Assembly: GCF_001194135.2 (NCBI RefSeq)
Contig: NC_068982.1
Location: forward strand, 3,768,946-3,832,945
DNA length: 64,000 nucleotides
Reading direction: 5' to 3'
From: Octopus bimaculoides
Lineage: Eukaryota
A model generated the notes under the pieces. It saw only the letters and a program-made list of their open reading frames with translations. It had not been told where the DNA came from and ran no database searches. The translations under genes and the position numbers were made by a program. This document shows, piece after piece, positions 26,401 to 38,400 of this stretch. The stretch's first letter is position 1. Every line of letters starts with the position of its first letter.

Positions 26401-29400
26401 GAGAGGTTGAGGCAAACAGAGTTATGTACCTTGCACAAAAAACCCCCCACAAAGCAATAGTTACACTATGAGAACAAACTCATCGATAACCATTGTCCAG
26501 TTGTAAAAATGTGATACTTACTTGAATGTAATTGTTTAGCTCAAAGTAGGCTCTAGCCACTTGGCAAAGGACCCAGCCAGTCTGGTACTGGTGTTGTGGT
26601 AACTCACTGAGCAATTCAATAGCCCGTTTACACTCGTATTGTGTCAGAGCCTGGAATGCTCGCCCCATACTTTGTAGCAGTTTCAGTATACCAGCTGAAA
26701 TTTTAAAACAAAACAAAAACCAAAATTACTGTTCTATATTCAAGAGATGAGGAATTATGTACATTATTTACATTTGATGGATATTTGTCCTCATCTTGTT
26801 TGTTGTTAACACAACGTTTCGGCTGATACACCCTCCAGCCTTCATCAGGTGTCTTGGGGAAGTTTCAAACCTGGGTTCTCATTCCTAAGGTATTTTTCAA
26901 TATTATTATAATTACTATTATTTAGGTCACTGCCTGGAATCGAATTCAGAATCTTGGGGGTAGTAGCCTGCACGCTTAACCACTATGCGATATGCCCAAG
27001 ACACCTGATGAAGGCTGGAGGGTATATCAGCCAAAATGTGTTAACAACAAACAAGATGAGGACAAATATCCATCAAATGTAAATAATGTATTGAAATTAC
27101 TATTTCAATATCAACACATTCCTTACAACGGAATTGCAGATACAGACCGCTACGGGGGAACGAATAACTCAGTGGTACTCAACCATACCGCTGGATCAGG
27201 TGGACCCTCATAGCCATTCCATGTTTTAAAAATCCTATTGTACTTTTATATTAGTAGGAATTGTATAAAAATAATGCTTAAAATATTTGAGTATTGCAGA
27301 AGTATTACCAATTTACTATTCTATATTTTTGAGATGAGGAATTATATACATTATTTACAATGGGCGGATGGTGTTCTCACCTTGTTTGCTGTTACGACAA
27401 CGTTTCAGCTGATGTATTCTCCAGCCTTCATCAGGTGTTCTGATGGAATTTTGAACCCAACTCTTTATTTGACTAATGAGCTACTCTGTTCTCATTCCTA
27501 AGGTATTCTTGTTTTGCTGAGGTTATTTTTTGTTGATATTATTTCCCAAGTCCCTGTCTGCACCACATATGCTAGGACACAATAACCTCCTAAGGAGACC
27601 TAGTGCAGATATGAATGTAATAGGGAAACCAGTATTCAGAATAGATAAAATATTAGGTTTATAAGCCCCAAAAGTCAATCGATGATTGCTTGCAGGAATA
27701 TAGCATAATGGATAAGAGCATTATCTACTAACCCTCGGATTCCGAGTTCAATCCCAGGCAAGGACTTGGGAAATAATAATCAACAAAAAATAACCTCAGC
27801 AAAACAAGAATACCTTAGGAATGAGAACAGTGTCCCCCATTAGTCAAATAAAGGGTTGGGTTCAAAGTTCCACCAGAACACCTGATGAAGGCTGGAGAAT
27901 ACATCAGCTGAAATGTTGTCGTAACAGCAAACAAGGTGAGAACACTTGTAAATACAATGTAAATGAAGTATAACCAATTTATTGCACAAAATCTATTATG
28001 GTCCTTCAAGGGTCATAAGGATCCCAATTGAGAACCAATGAACTAAATAAATCCAGATTACTAAGATATCCAGCTCTCTTAGATTTTCATCACTCATGAA
28101 TGCTTATTGCCTATAATTATAAACTTATGTGTTGTTAATACTTTCATATTGGCCTGAGAAGATCAAATCTTGGTCTCACAGACAAAGAGTAATGGGTTTT
28201 GTCACACTGCAGGTTGCTATTTAGAACCTGCATCAACTACGACCAAGAAGACCAGTAATTAAAGATGTTCAAGCTATGAATATCCATTGTTTCTTGCACA
28301 TAAATAGGGTGTGCACTAAGGAAGTTTTGGTTGTTATTTCTAGCAGTAATTGTGCCTCCACTGGCTTTTTAGAAATATAACATACTTAGAGAAGTGTGTA
28401 ACAAACAAAGATAATTTTTGCAATTTTGGATTTTATCTCTTCTGACTGGAAGACATGTTTACACAGCCTTTTACAATTCAACCAGTAATGTAAATCCTTG
28501 CCATACCAGTGCTGGTGCCATGTAAAAAGCACCCAATCCACTCTAAACTGGTTGGCATTAGAAAGGGTATCCAGTCATAGAAACCATGCTAAAAAAGACA
28601 GTGGAGCATGGTGCAGTCCTCTGGCTTTCCAACTCCTCTCAAACCATCAAGCACATGCCAGCATGGAAAAACAGACTGTTGTAAAGTGGTAACCTCCCAC
28701 TGATGTGATGTCTGACTGCCATTGTACTGTAGTTGCTGTTTTACACTAGTAGCCACAATGGTTATTAGTCATCGGATACTGTTGTATCTCTTCGTACTGG
28801 AATAGTAATACACTAACTTCTTCTGTCTTACTGCTGCTGACTAGAACTGTTGAATCTCAACTCTGACTCTTGACCCTTGTTAGTGGATTTGGTAGGCGGA
28901 AACTGAAAGAAGCCTGTCATGTATGTGTGTGTCCCACCACTGATTGACAAGTAGTGCCGGTGTGTTTACACCCCTGTAACTTAGTGGTTCAAAAGAAACA
29001 AACAGAAGTCTGTCCCTGCATAACTACAGTCACACACACACCTCGCATGGCCACAGTCCACACACACACACACACACACACACATGCCCAGTCCCCCCAC
29101 CCCACCCCCACAGTCTAATGAATAAAACAAAAGATGAAAGACAAAAAAAACTATGAAATGAGACTAAAATCTATTTTGCAACTTATAATAAACTCATCTC
29201 CCCACAAGCGAGTATAGTAGTGACAGTATAAGAAGAGTATGAAAAGCAGGGGTGGGGGGGAGTAGAAAGCTGCAGAAAATGAAACCAACAATTTCTGATA
29301 AAAACAAATGAAAGCAAGTAAGAACCTACCTAGTGACTGTTGTCTCATATGGGCCAACTGGGAATAGTTAGGGCCGTCATAACCACAAGACTGCTTACAA

Positions 29401-32400
29401 TCAAGGATGTTCTCTCCTTTGTTGATCTCGTTCATTTCTTGTTGTGACTTGCTCAGTTTGCTCTTAGACTTTCTAGTACCAGACTTGGGACTTGTGAAGC
29501 GTGACTTACTCTGACTCTTGTTGTTTTCCTATAGTTGCAAAGCAAAATTTCTTTAAAATCAATTCAAATAAATACTTTGGTTTGTTTTAGCAATCGGAAT
29601 TATGGCAAAAGGATTCAAAAAGAACTATGGCAAAAGCATTCTACAACCAATTTATAAAAACAAAGATCGATCACAAGTTTCTTTTACTGTTCATACATTT
29701 TTGCTTACTTTTTCTGATGAGCTCAACTGCCTCTGAGCACCGTATGCAGCAAGTTCACTATTATCATTTGTTTCAGTCGTTAGACTGGAGCCATGCTGGG
29801 GCACCGCCTTAAAGAATTTCAAACAAATCACCCCCCGACCCTACCTCCAGTACTTTTTTTTTTTAAGCCTGGTACTTATTCTATTTATGGCAGTGGGTAA
29901 CGATTTTCTTCCCTACTTCAGGGAGTGACGACCCTGCCTGACACAAGCCCCGGGCTAAGCTGGCTCTGACTGACAGTACCCGGTATGGGCCCCTATCCAG
30001 GATTACGGAAAGGAGACAACCTTCAAAGAAATCCAGAGTGGAGCCCCGTAAGCGGTTTAGTGTTCAACTCGACACTCTTCCGGCAGCTCCTGCAACCAAG
30101 CTGGTGCCAAACGTAATGCTCTGCACTCCTTTGGACTACGTCAGCAAGGTCGAGAGAGGAATCCTGACGATTGGGTTACCCAGGATTTTCTTACATCTAG
30201 CCCAGGACTGCGCAAACTGGAGAGGACACTTCAGTGCTGCTGTAAAAAGTGGCAGAAATGTAAAAACCTGACTGGATTATTTTATGCGCAACTCAATTGT
30301 CTCCTGGGACAAAAGGATGCCAACAACTTATTATATCAGTCTGCTTTTTCAAACCACTAAGTCACAGAAGTCTGGTGCAGGCTTCTGCCCGGCTGGCTCC
30401 TGGCAAACCATCCAACTCATGCCAGCACGGAAGGCAAATGTTAAATGATGATGGACACAAACCCACATAATAAAAGTAATTTCAGTTCTTAGAAAATTTT
30501 TAAAAGCAAGCCAGTGCTGCATAAAAATCACTGGTGATGGTGTCATGTGAAAAGCACTGGTATTGGTGTTACGTAGAGAAGCACCCAGTACACTCTGTAA
30601 AATGGCAGGTGTTAGGAGAGCCATGCAACCGAAGAACCCATGCCAAATCAGACTAGGGGAATCTGGTGCAGCTCCTCCTGGCCTTGCTACCTTCTGTCAA
30701 ACCATCCAACTTATACAGTTCTATATTTAACAGATGAAGAATTATCTACATTATTTACATTTGACGGATATTTGTCCTCATCTTGTTTGTTAACACAACA
30801 TTTCGGCTGATATACCCGCCACCCTTTATCAGGGAAATTTGGGGAAATTTTGAACCTGGGTTCTCATTCCTAAGGTATTTTATAATGTTGTTATTATCAT
30901 ATTATTATCCACTACACCATATTCCCACAAAGCATATGGCATAGTGGTTAAGAGCGCAGGCTACTAACCTCAAGATTCCGAGTTCCAACTCTAGGCAGCA
31001 GCGGTGGTGATGATGATAATGATGATGATAATATCTAAAAATACCTTAGGAATGAGAACCCATGTTCGAAATTTCCCCAAGACACCTGATGAAGGCTGGA
31101 AGGTATATCAGCCGAAACGTTGTGTTAACAACAATCACGATGAGGACAAAATATCCGTCAAATGTAAATAATTTACATCCAACTCCTGCCACCATGGAAA
31201 ATGGATATCAAATGATAATTGTGATGATGATGATGATGAAAATATGTAAACATTGCAAATTCTTCCAAAGATTATATAAAATGATAAAAGTAAAGCACAT
31301 GCAATTAAATAAAACCAAAGACAATGAAGAAAGAAAGAATAATTACTTTAACAGAGCTGGAATTCCCAAATAATCTTTGACTGCGACGAACATTTGTTAC
31401 ATTAGTCTGCAACCTGGAAGCAAACGAAATTATTTGGTCATAAAAATTCAGAAATTAGTAAATGAATTTTGTGAGTAAACAGTATATATTACACTTTACT
31501 AGTTTCGAATATACTGAATATAATGGGAGCATTCTTTAGATTTTAGAGGATAGGAAACAATGGATAGGAAACAATTTACCTTCGTAACACCATTTCAGAT
31601 TTAAAGAAAAATTATAATTTAGTCTCAGTTGCACCTCATGGATTACCATATTTATTTCTTTATTGCCTACAGGGGGCTAAACATACAGGAGACAAAGGGA
31701 TTACGTTGATTACATCGACCCTACTATGCAACTGGTACTTAATTTATTGACCCCCCCCCAAAAGGATGAAAGCCAAAGTCAACCTCAGCAGAACTTGAAC
31801 CCAGAATGTAGCAGCAGACGAAATACTGTTAAGCACTTTGCTCTGCATGCTAACAATCCCGCAGGGGTCAAAATAATGTAAATACATAAAACATTACATT
31901 TGATGGAGTAATCTGAATGTTAAATAATTGATATTTTCCAAGAACAATCCAATGCCAGTTATAAAGATTTTCTTTTTTTAATTTACAACACAGATAAAAG
32001 GAGACATTATTGAAACTTACCCTGACTGTTGATTAGAAGTAGCCAGTTCTCGCGTGTTGGTGTTGCCTGATTGACTAAAAACTGTCGGCTTTGGTATGGA
32101 GGGATGAAGGTTTTGGTTTTGACTTCTACGTGTAACAGGCTACAAATTAAGTTCACAAAATAAATAGACATTAAAAAATATCAAAAAAGATATACAAAAC
32201 AATGGCAATATCATCAAATTCTAAAATTCAACACAAGTAAGTTTTGTTTTCACCTTTCCAAAAATATTTTACACCAATTTTATCAAGAAAGTTTGCTAAT
32301 TAACCGTTAATAAAGTTTTCTTTTCTTTTGCTATCAGAGAAGCAGAAAGAATAGCATCAGGAATACTTTAAATCTTTTGCAGTATTGTTTTAAACATTAA

Positions 32401-35400
32401 CGCCTATTTGAACATTGGGACATTTCCTGAAGACATTCCTTCATTTGGAGAGATTTAAAAGAATATATTTCAATGGTTTCTTTAATCTCTGCTAGGCTTG
32501 TCATAAATAACAAAGCGTTCATTCAAAATTACAAAGTGGGAGTGAAGAGAGAGAGAGAGATGGCAGCCAATAACAGATAAAAAATAGACAGAATCTTACA
32601 GAAGATTTATTAAATTCTATTTCTTGTTGCAACCACATGGGTCTCTCAACAGATTTTTAAGACTCAACACTTAGTAATGCTTCAATTTTATCAAAATTCC
32701 ATATAATCTTATAACACAATATCTCATTCCTACTAACAACAGAACTACAATGTCTGTCATCAACTGAATATACAATAGAGAAACAATTCTTAACCCTTTC
32801 ATGACCAGTCTGCCTGAAACCGGTTCTGGCTCTGTAGTACAAATGTCTTGTTAAAATAAGTTTTAAATTAAAATCTTCCACCAAACCTTAGTCACAATTT
32901 ATGTTCCTAACACTAGCTTAATGATAACTAAATTATTTTACTAAATTCTTTGCTATATTTAAAGTAATTGAAAGAAACACAGAGCATCTCAAAATAAATG
33001 CAGTAACGAAAGGGTTAAAAATGTGTGTGTGTGTGTGTGTATACATATGCTCTGAATATCACCTTCTAAAAGCAGTGATGTTGCAGTCATTTCCTTTGTC
33101 AACAAATCATCTGCTGTTTTGTACCTTTCAAGAGATCCCTTACTTGGAAAACATGTAAGGGTTAGCAACAGGAAAGGCATCCAACTGTAAAACAGTCCCT
33201 CACTAATACATTTGTTTAAACCAGCGGTCCTCACCTGTGGAACCCCTTGGTTTCTATTTTATTCAGTTGGACCCCTCATAGCCATCTGAGACTTTAAAAA
33301 ATTTTATATTTTTAAAATTTAATTATTAGAAATTGTATTAAAAATTTGTTAAAATATTTTGTGTGTTGTAAATGTTATATTCAATTTATTGTACAACCAG
33401 TGTCCATATGACCACAAGGGTCAAATGGACACTGGTTGAGAAGCACTGGTTTCTAACCCATGATGGCATGAAAAATAAAAGTGAAAGCAAATAAACAAAT
33501 ACAGCTCAAATTTCAAGACCTGGCAAAAGGATTTTAGCTTTTTGTGTCTCAAAGACACAGAGACTGTTTTGCATCAATGTTTCTCCCTCTGCTCAAATGA
33601 GTGGAATGATTTTAGGATGTTAGTCATCTGCATAACCGATTGATGAAATTCGCCCCTCCCCCCTCTGCAAAGCATATTGGCAGAGAGCAATTGGACTTTA
33701 TACAATAGAGGAACTCAATAGAAAATGATGGTGAAACTAGATCGCCTACAATCATGTTCCCAATTNNNNNNNNNNNNNNNNNNNNNNNNNNNNNNNNNNN
33801 NNNNNNNNNNNNNNNNNNNNNNNNNNNNNNNNNNNNNNNNNNNNNNNNNNNNNNNNNNNNNNNNNNNNNNNNNNNNNNNNNNNNNNNNNNNNNNNNNNNN
33901 NNNNNNNNNNNNNNNNNNNNNNNNNNNNNNNNNNNNNNNNNNNCATTCCTAAGCTGCTTTTTCACTCGCACATCTCTTTGTGTTATTCTTCCTCAATAAA
34001 CATCTTTAATACAGTTCTATATTTAATGAGGAATTACGTACATTATTTACATTTGACAGATATTTGTCCTCATCTTGTTTGTTGTTAACACAACGTTTCG
34101 GCTGATATACCCTCCAGCCTTCATCAGGTGTCTTGGGGAAATTTCAAACCCTGGTTCTCATTCCTAAGGTATATGCCCACCGGCATATGGCATAGTGCTT
34201 AAGAGCACGGGCTACTAACCCCAAGATTCTGAGTTCGATTCCAGGCAGTAACCTGAATGATAATAATAAATAATATCGTAAAATACCTTAGGAATGAGAA
34301 CCCAGGTTTGAAATTTCCCCAAGACACCTGATGAAGGCTGGAGGGTATATCAGCCGAAACGTTGTGTTAACAACAAACAAGATGAGGACAAATATCCGTC
34401 AAATGTAAATAATGTAAATAAAGTTTAAACATCTTTATTAAAAAATTATTCCCTCTTTAGTAATTTTCCTCTTTATTACAAGCCTTGCACACAATTTTTT
34501 TTTGTGGGGGGAGTGGGAAGCTTTATTATTATTAACAGGATAGGAAAATGGTAGAAATGGTAAAGCACTGGACTATATGCTTGGTATGGAGAAGCTATGG
34601 GGAGAGGATCAGTGAGAGGTGAGAAGTGTCTTAAGGAAGTGGAGGTGGGTCCAAGAAAGGAAGATGAAAAGGTGCTGAGGTAACAGTAGTAGAGAAGCCA
34701 GAAAGGGAGGTAAGTAGGTTGGAGACATGTAGAAGAAGGCATTGAAATAAAAGAGGAGCAGGGTGAAAGCAGAAGTGGATTGCAGCAGAGGCATCTTAGC
34801 CACCGTCCTAGGTCTGTTTTAATGTGCTCCCTGCCATACTTGCTCAACAGTGTAGGCTTTTCTTCAGCAGTACAACTTAGTCTCAAAGCATATTGAGATC
34901 AATCCCCCACCAGTTCATTCTATGGATTTCTTCATCTTCGACAGACACCATCCACTCCTAACACTCCACACTTCTTCATGCAACTGTTAAAATCCTTGTG
35001 CATCACATGTCCAAACCAATGCAATCTTCTCTCTTGATACACAGCTGTCCTCTTTCACATCATGCTCACCATTTCTTTCCAGTCTTCACAAATCTCAGAG
35101 AAGACTTTTATGGACATTCTATACTAGTAATGTGCTGGAGCCTCACACAAATCCGTGCTGGTGCCACATTAGAAACACCCAGTACACTTTGTAGTGGTTA
35201 GTGTTAGGAAGAGCATCCAGGCATAGAAACCATGCCAAAACAGATAATTAGAGCCTGGTGCAACTCTCTAACTTACCAGGTCCCATCAAACTGTCCAACC
35301 CATGCCAGCATGGAAAGCAAACATTAGATGATGATGTGACCTATTTCCAAACCTAGAATCATTACTATTTTCTAAAAGACAAATTGGCAAAATCCCAACT

Positions 35401-38400
35401 TATAAAATTATTGGGTAAAACATATCAAAGTTATCTAGTTTTTTTTTTTTTTTTCAAGGTCATGAACCTAACAGAATTCAATATTCACAAGTTTCCCACA
35501 AATTAACAATAGATGACTCTACCCTAGTGACATCAAGATACTATTCCAAACCATTTTTTTTCTTGCCAGATTAGTAACATTCTGAGTCATTTTTAAAGTC
35601 TGATCAAAAAGTATCAGGGATGTTGCTATGGTAACAGAGCTAAAATAAAACAAAATGGAGCCACTTGGCACAGCTTGACCTTGAACTGTCGTGCATGCAC
35701 GCTGAGTCTTGCACTCGCTTTCCTTGTTTATAGAAGTGCGTAGATGTAGAAAATCTNNNNNNNNNNNNNNNNNNNNNNNNNNNNNNNNNNNNNNNNNNNN
35801 NNNNNNNNNNNNNNNNNNNNNNNNNNNNNNNNNNNNNNNNNNNNNNNNNNNNNNNNNNNNNNNNNNNNNNNNNNNNNNNNNNNNNNNNNNNNNNNNNNNN
35901 NNNNNNNNNNNNNNNNNNNNNNNNNNNNNNNNNNNNNNNNNNNNNNNNNNNNNNNNNNNNNNNNNNNNNNNNNNNNNNNNNNNNNNNNNNNNNNNNNNNN
36001 NNNNNNNNNNNNNNNNNNNNNNNNNNNNNNNNNNNNNNNNNNNNNNNNNNNNNNNNNNNNNNNNNNNNNNNNNNNNNNNNNNNNNNNNNNNNNNNNNNNN
36101 NNNNNNNNNNNNNNNNNNNNNNNNNNNNNNNNNNNNNNNNNNNNNNNNNNNNNNNNNNNNNNNNNNNNNNNNNNNNNNNNNNNNNNNNNNNNNNNNNNNN
36201 NNNNNNNNNNNNNNNNNNNNNNNNNNNNNNNNNNNNNTTTTGTGCGGGTGGCACATGAAATGCACCATTTCGAGCGTGGCCGTTGCCAGTACCGCCTGAC
36301 TGGCCTTCATGCGGGTGACACGTAAAAGCACCCACTACACTCTCTGAGTGGTTGGCGCTAGGAAGGGCATCCAGCTGTAGAAACTCTGCCAAATCAGATT
36401 GGAGCCTGGTGTAGCCATCTGGTTTCACCAGTCCTCAGTCAAATCGTCCAACCCATGCTAGCATGGAAAGCGGATGTTAAACGACGAAGAAGAAGAAGAA
36501 GAAGTTCTGGTACTTTCTTTTATCAGACCTCATATCTGCTGAGCTTTCAGTACTATACAAATATTCACAACAAATGCTCACATTGCATATAATTATTCTC
36601 GTTCTCTTACAGTTACTAAAATCTTCAGTTATTCTAGTCAGTCTTGAGGGCAACACACTAGAGCCCACGGGCTAAAACCAGCCTCATTTCATTCAGCAAG
36701 CCAGTTTTACTGAAAATATGACATTGTATACAAAAACTGTTATCTTTTTAACCCTTTAGCATTTAAACTGAACATATCCAGCAAAAGTATTCTTCCAGTT
36801 TTTATGTTGAAACTAGCCAGATCCAGCCTCTCACACTTTACCCTCCATCATCATCACCGTTTAACATCCGTTTTCAATGCTGGCATGGGTTGGACGGTTC
36901 GACTGGGATCTGGGAAGCCAGGAGGCTGCACCAGGCCCCAATCTGATATGGCAGTGTTTCTACAGCTGGATGCCCTTCCTAACGCCAACCACTCTGAGAG
37001 TGTAGTGTGTGCTTTTTACATGCCACCGGCACAGGGGCCAGAGGAGCTGGCATTGACCACAATCAGATGGTGCTTTTTATGTGCCACCAGCATGAAAGAC
37101 AGTCAAGGCAGCACTGGCATCGGCCATGTTTGGATGGTGCTTTTTACGTGCCATCGGCACAGGGGATACAATGTTAAATATACAGTCACTTCACTGAAAT
37201 CTCAAAGCTGCAAGATAATGCAGAATAAATTGAAAACAATGTGAATAAATATGCATTACTTTGGATAGAATAATCTGAATGCTAAAGGGTTAAGCAGTAA
37301 ATTTTTTCACCTTTCTAAATGAATGGAGCTGCAGAGACAAATAGCATCTTATATACTGTTGCAATACAATTTACATGAAAAATCAATTCTATGGAGGGAG
37401 TGACAAAAAAATGTTTACTGGCAAATCATAAATCCCTTCAGGAAGGTGACCCTGCTTGATCAGAAGAAAAGGTGTAGGTTGAAACTCCTTACAATGTACC
37501 AGGTGTAAGCCATGGACAAATGAGAGGTGCAGCAATATCAGAGGAGGGTTAACAGGGAAAATAGTTTTTGTGTGTGGAAGATGCACAGGTACAATTAACA
37601 CTAAAAATGTACAGAAAATAAATTCCATCAAAAGCCAGGGGAGAAAACTAGAAGTAGTTGATAGCTTTCATTACCTAGGTGACCAAGTCAGTAGCTGGGG
37701 GNNNNNNNNNNNNNNNNNNNGGGGGGGGGGGCAGTGAGAGTGTAGCTGCTAGAATAAGAATAGGCTGGGCAAAGTTCAGGGAGCTCCTACCTCTTCTGGT
37801 AACAAAGGGCCTCTCCCTCAGAGTGTATGATGTCTGTGTGCAAATAGCCATGCTACACAGCAGTGAAACATGGGCTGTGACTGCTAAGGAGATGTGTAGG
37901 TTTGTAAGCAATGAAGCTAGTATGCTTCACTGGATGTGTAATGTTAGTGTTGGGCCTCACAGAAGCAATGACAAGTGACCGAGACCTTTGGTGATATGTT
38001 GTGCATGAAAAGACCTGTCAAGCCAAATGATATTGTAGTTGTGGCCAATGCCAGTGTCCTGTCACTGGCATATAAAAATCACCCCTCAAACGTTGGGTGA
38101 TATGCTGTGCTTGAGAAGACTTGTCAAACCAAGTGAAATCGTAGCCGATGCCAATGCTAGTTGACTGGCACCTGTGCCAGTGTCACATAAAAAGCACCCA
38201 CTAAACTCTTGGAGTAGTTGGCATTAGGAAGGGGTCCAGCCATAGAAATCATGCCAAATCAGAGTGGAACCTAGTGTAACTCCCCAGCTCAACATTTTTC
38301 AGTTAAACCTTGCAACCCATGCCAGCATGGAAAGCAGACATTAAATGATGATGATAGCCCATTGAAGAGAGGAGATAAACAGGTTAGAAACCACAACATC

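Larger units (their letters stand above)
34010..34416. mobile_element. Family D fold-back element: inverted arm + tRNA-like head + (AAT)n + arm, with a hammerhead motif in each arm (best-preserved copy)
   Basis: Arms 34040-34172 and 34283-34416 are reverse complements. A-box-like TGGCATAGTGC near 34188, B-box-like GAGTTCGATTCC near 34231. Confidence 0.9.

Noticed and set aside
34187-34250. Functional tRNA genes in the heads of families A, C and D
   Set aside because: A and B boxes are present but the acceptor and T stems do not close into a cloverleaf; these are SINE heads.
35519-36428. ORFs of 196-270 aa
   Set aside because: Mostly X residues from the 482-N gap; the same applies to ORFs spanning the other gaps.
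37310-37327. 18-nt micro-exon candidate (tgcag|CTCCATTCATTTAGAAAG|gtgaaa) as the missing CDC27 exon
   Set aside because: Its length is 3n, so it cannot repair the phase 2 to phase 0 junction, and it has no similarity to the expected peptide.
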